From Candidatus Latescibacterota bacterium (GTDB taxonomy: Bacteria; Latescibacterota; UBA2968; UBA8231), in contig CBDBIJ010000009.1 of assembly GCA_965205655.1 (NCBI GenBank), positions 1 to 17,108 of the forward strand: a stretch of 17,108 nucleotides of DNA. Direction: 5' to 3'. Made by a program: the position numbers and the translations under genes. This document shows positions 15,994 to 17,108 of the stretch, in pieces; the first letter of the stretch is position 1; every line of letters starts with the position of its first letter. A model generated the notes under the pieces. The model saw only the letters and a program-made list of their open reading frames with translations, did not search any database and had not been told where the DNA came from.

Positions 15994-17108
15994 GTGACGC
16001 AAAAAGAGAAGAGCTGCGCCGAATTCGGCCTCATCGTCCAGCAACCAGGTAAGCCGCAGGCGGTGCTGCGTTCATTCGTGGCGCCAATGCTGAATTTCAA
16101 GTACGGCCTGCACACGGTTGAGACATCCGAGCTCCACGAGGCCGTACCGGCCATCCGCGGACGGGTCGCAAACATGCGATGCGTTTTTCTGATTCAGAAC
16201 ACGGAGCTGCGCAGCGATGCCGGTCTGTCAGGTCTCAATCTGATGGGTAAGTACCCACTGTTCGTCCTCGTGCCGCACAGCCTGGAAGGCTACTACGCAA
16301 ATATCTGCGGCAAAATGAAGAACACATTCGTGTGCAGCTGGGAGGAGGCGTTCCGAAAAAGCGGCTCCATTTTGACGGAAATGGTGGACTCGGCTTTCGA
16401 GGCCAACGGCATCGAAAGGCCATTTGACGAAAAGTCAGAAGAATACGGCGATCTTCAGCAGCAGGTTGAGGATCGACTCGGTGGCCTTCAAACACTGCCG
16501 ACCCTGCCCGGAGTCATCCGCAAGATCTTGCGAATGCTGCGGGATCCGAAGACGACAATCGATGAGCTCGAGGCGGTCCTGGTAACAGATCCCGTCATCG
16601 TCCAGAAGATCCATCAAGTCGTCAACTCGCCGGTATTCGCCGGCTCGGAGGCCCACGGAGAGCTTACTCTCAAGGACGCCATCGTCCGGCTCGGCCTCAA
16701 AGAGGTGGGTTCCATCGCCATGCAGGTCATGGTCGTCAACAGCTTCGTCGAGGAGGGCGAGACGCTGTTCGACTTCAAGAGATTCTGGGGGCATTCAGTA
16801 GGCTGTGCGCTCGCCGCTGACAAGATCTACAAAAGCCGGATCGTGACGTTTGGCGAAGATCTGGCATTCCAGGACTACTGGCTGGGCGGGCTCTTGCACG
16901 ATATCGGAAAACTCGTTCTCGGCGTCTTCTTCTGGGACCATTTCTCCAGAGTCCTCGGCGAAACAGTCCTCAAGAGCATCTCTTTCCGCGAGGCCGAACG
17001 CCAACTCGGGAACGCGTTCGATCACGAACAGATCGGCAAACTACTGATCGTCAAAGCTGACCTCGGACCGCGGATCACCGAGTGGGTCGCATTGCACGAT
17101 TCGGCCGA
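15994..17108 (+). CDS. HDOD-domain signalling protein with an N-terminal receiver-like domain; truncated at the right edge
   Basis: Manual frame-1 translation, open from GTG 15994 (after TGA 15976-15978) to the window end: LQTLPTLPGVIRKIL, TDPVIVQKIHQVVNSPVF, LKDAIVRLG, FWGHSVGCA, GGLLHDIGKLVL, AERQLG..FDHEQIG, VALH. Missing from the ORF track because there is no stop codon in the window. Confidence 0.92.
   Translation, partial: MTQKEKSCAEFGLIVQQPGKPQAVLRSFVAPMLNFKYGLHTVETSELHEAVPAIRGRVANMRCVFLIQNTELRSDAGLSGLNLMGKYPLFVLVPHSLEGYYANICGKMKNTFVCSWEEAFRKSGSILTEMVDSAFEANGIERPFDEKSEEYGDLQQQVEDRLGGLQTLPTLPGVIRKILRMLRDPKTTIDELEAVLVTDPVIVQKIHQVVNSPVFAGSEAHGELTLKDAIVRLGLKEVGSIAMQVMVVNSFVEEGETLFDFKRFWGHSVGCALAADKIYKSRIVTFGEDLAFQDYWLGGLLHDIGKLVLGVFFWDHFSRVLGETVLKSISFREAERQLGNAFDHEQIGKLLIVKADLGPRITEWVALHDSA

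Noticed and set aside
1..17108. CRISPR array, tRNA/rRNA, transposase, integrase or defence genes
   Set aside because: None seen; nearly all of the sequence is accounted for by the listed genes and short spacers.

Overview
GC-rich bacterial chromosomal window with no mobile element or CRISPR visible. The rplM-rpsI-rpsB-tsf-frr order resembles FCB-superphylum genomes; a Latescibacterota-like lineage is my inference only. Left to right: the 5' part of an ECF-transporter ATPase (minus, truncated); an alpha/beta-hydrolase-fold lipoprotein; a GT2 plus GT-C glycosyltransferase pair; two divergent flagellin paralogs with back-to-back sigma28-type promoters; queA-ispDF-dedA; rplM-rpsI-(S2 leader)-rpsB-tsf-frr without pyrH; then an accessory block. 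That block has two single-pass membrane coiled-coil proteins, a degenerate GGDEF protein, a UbiA-family polyprenyl-phosphate phosphoribosyltransferase and an HDOD protein (truncated, missed by the ORF track) whose N-terminus looks like a pseudo-receiver domain. Most interesting: (1) the flagellin pair is more alike in its normally hypervariable middle than in its normally conserved N-terminus; (2) a candidate signalling module built from degenerate domains; (3) pyrH is absent from the tsf-frr junction.
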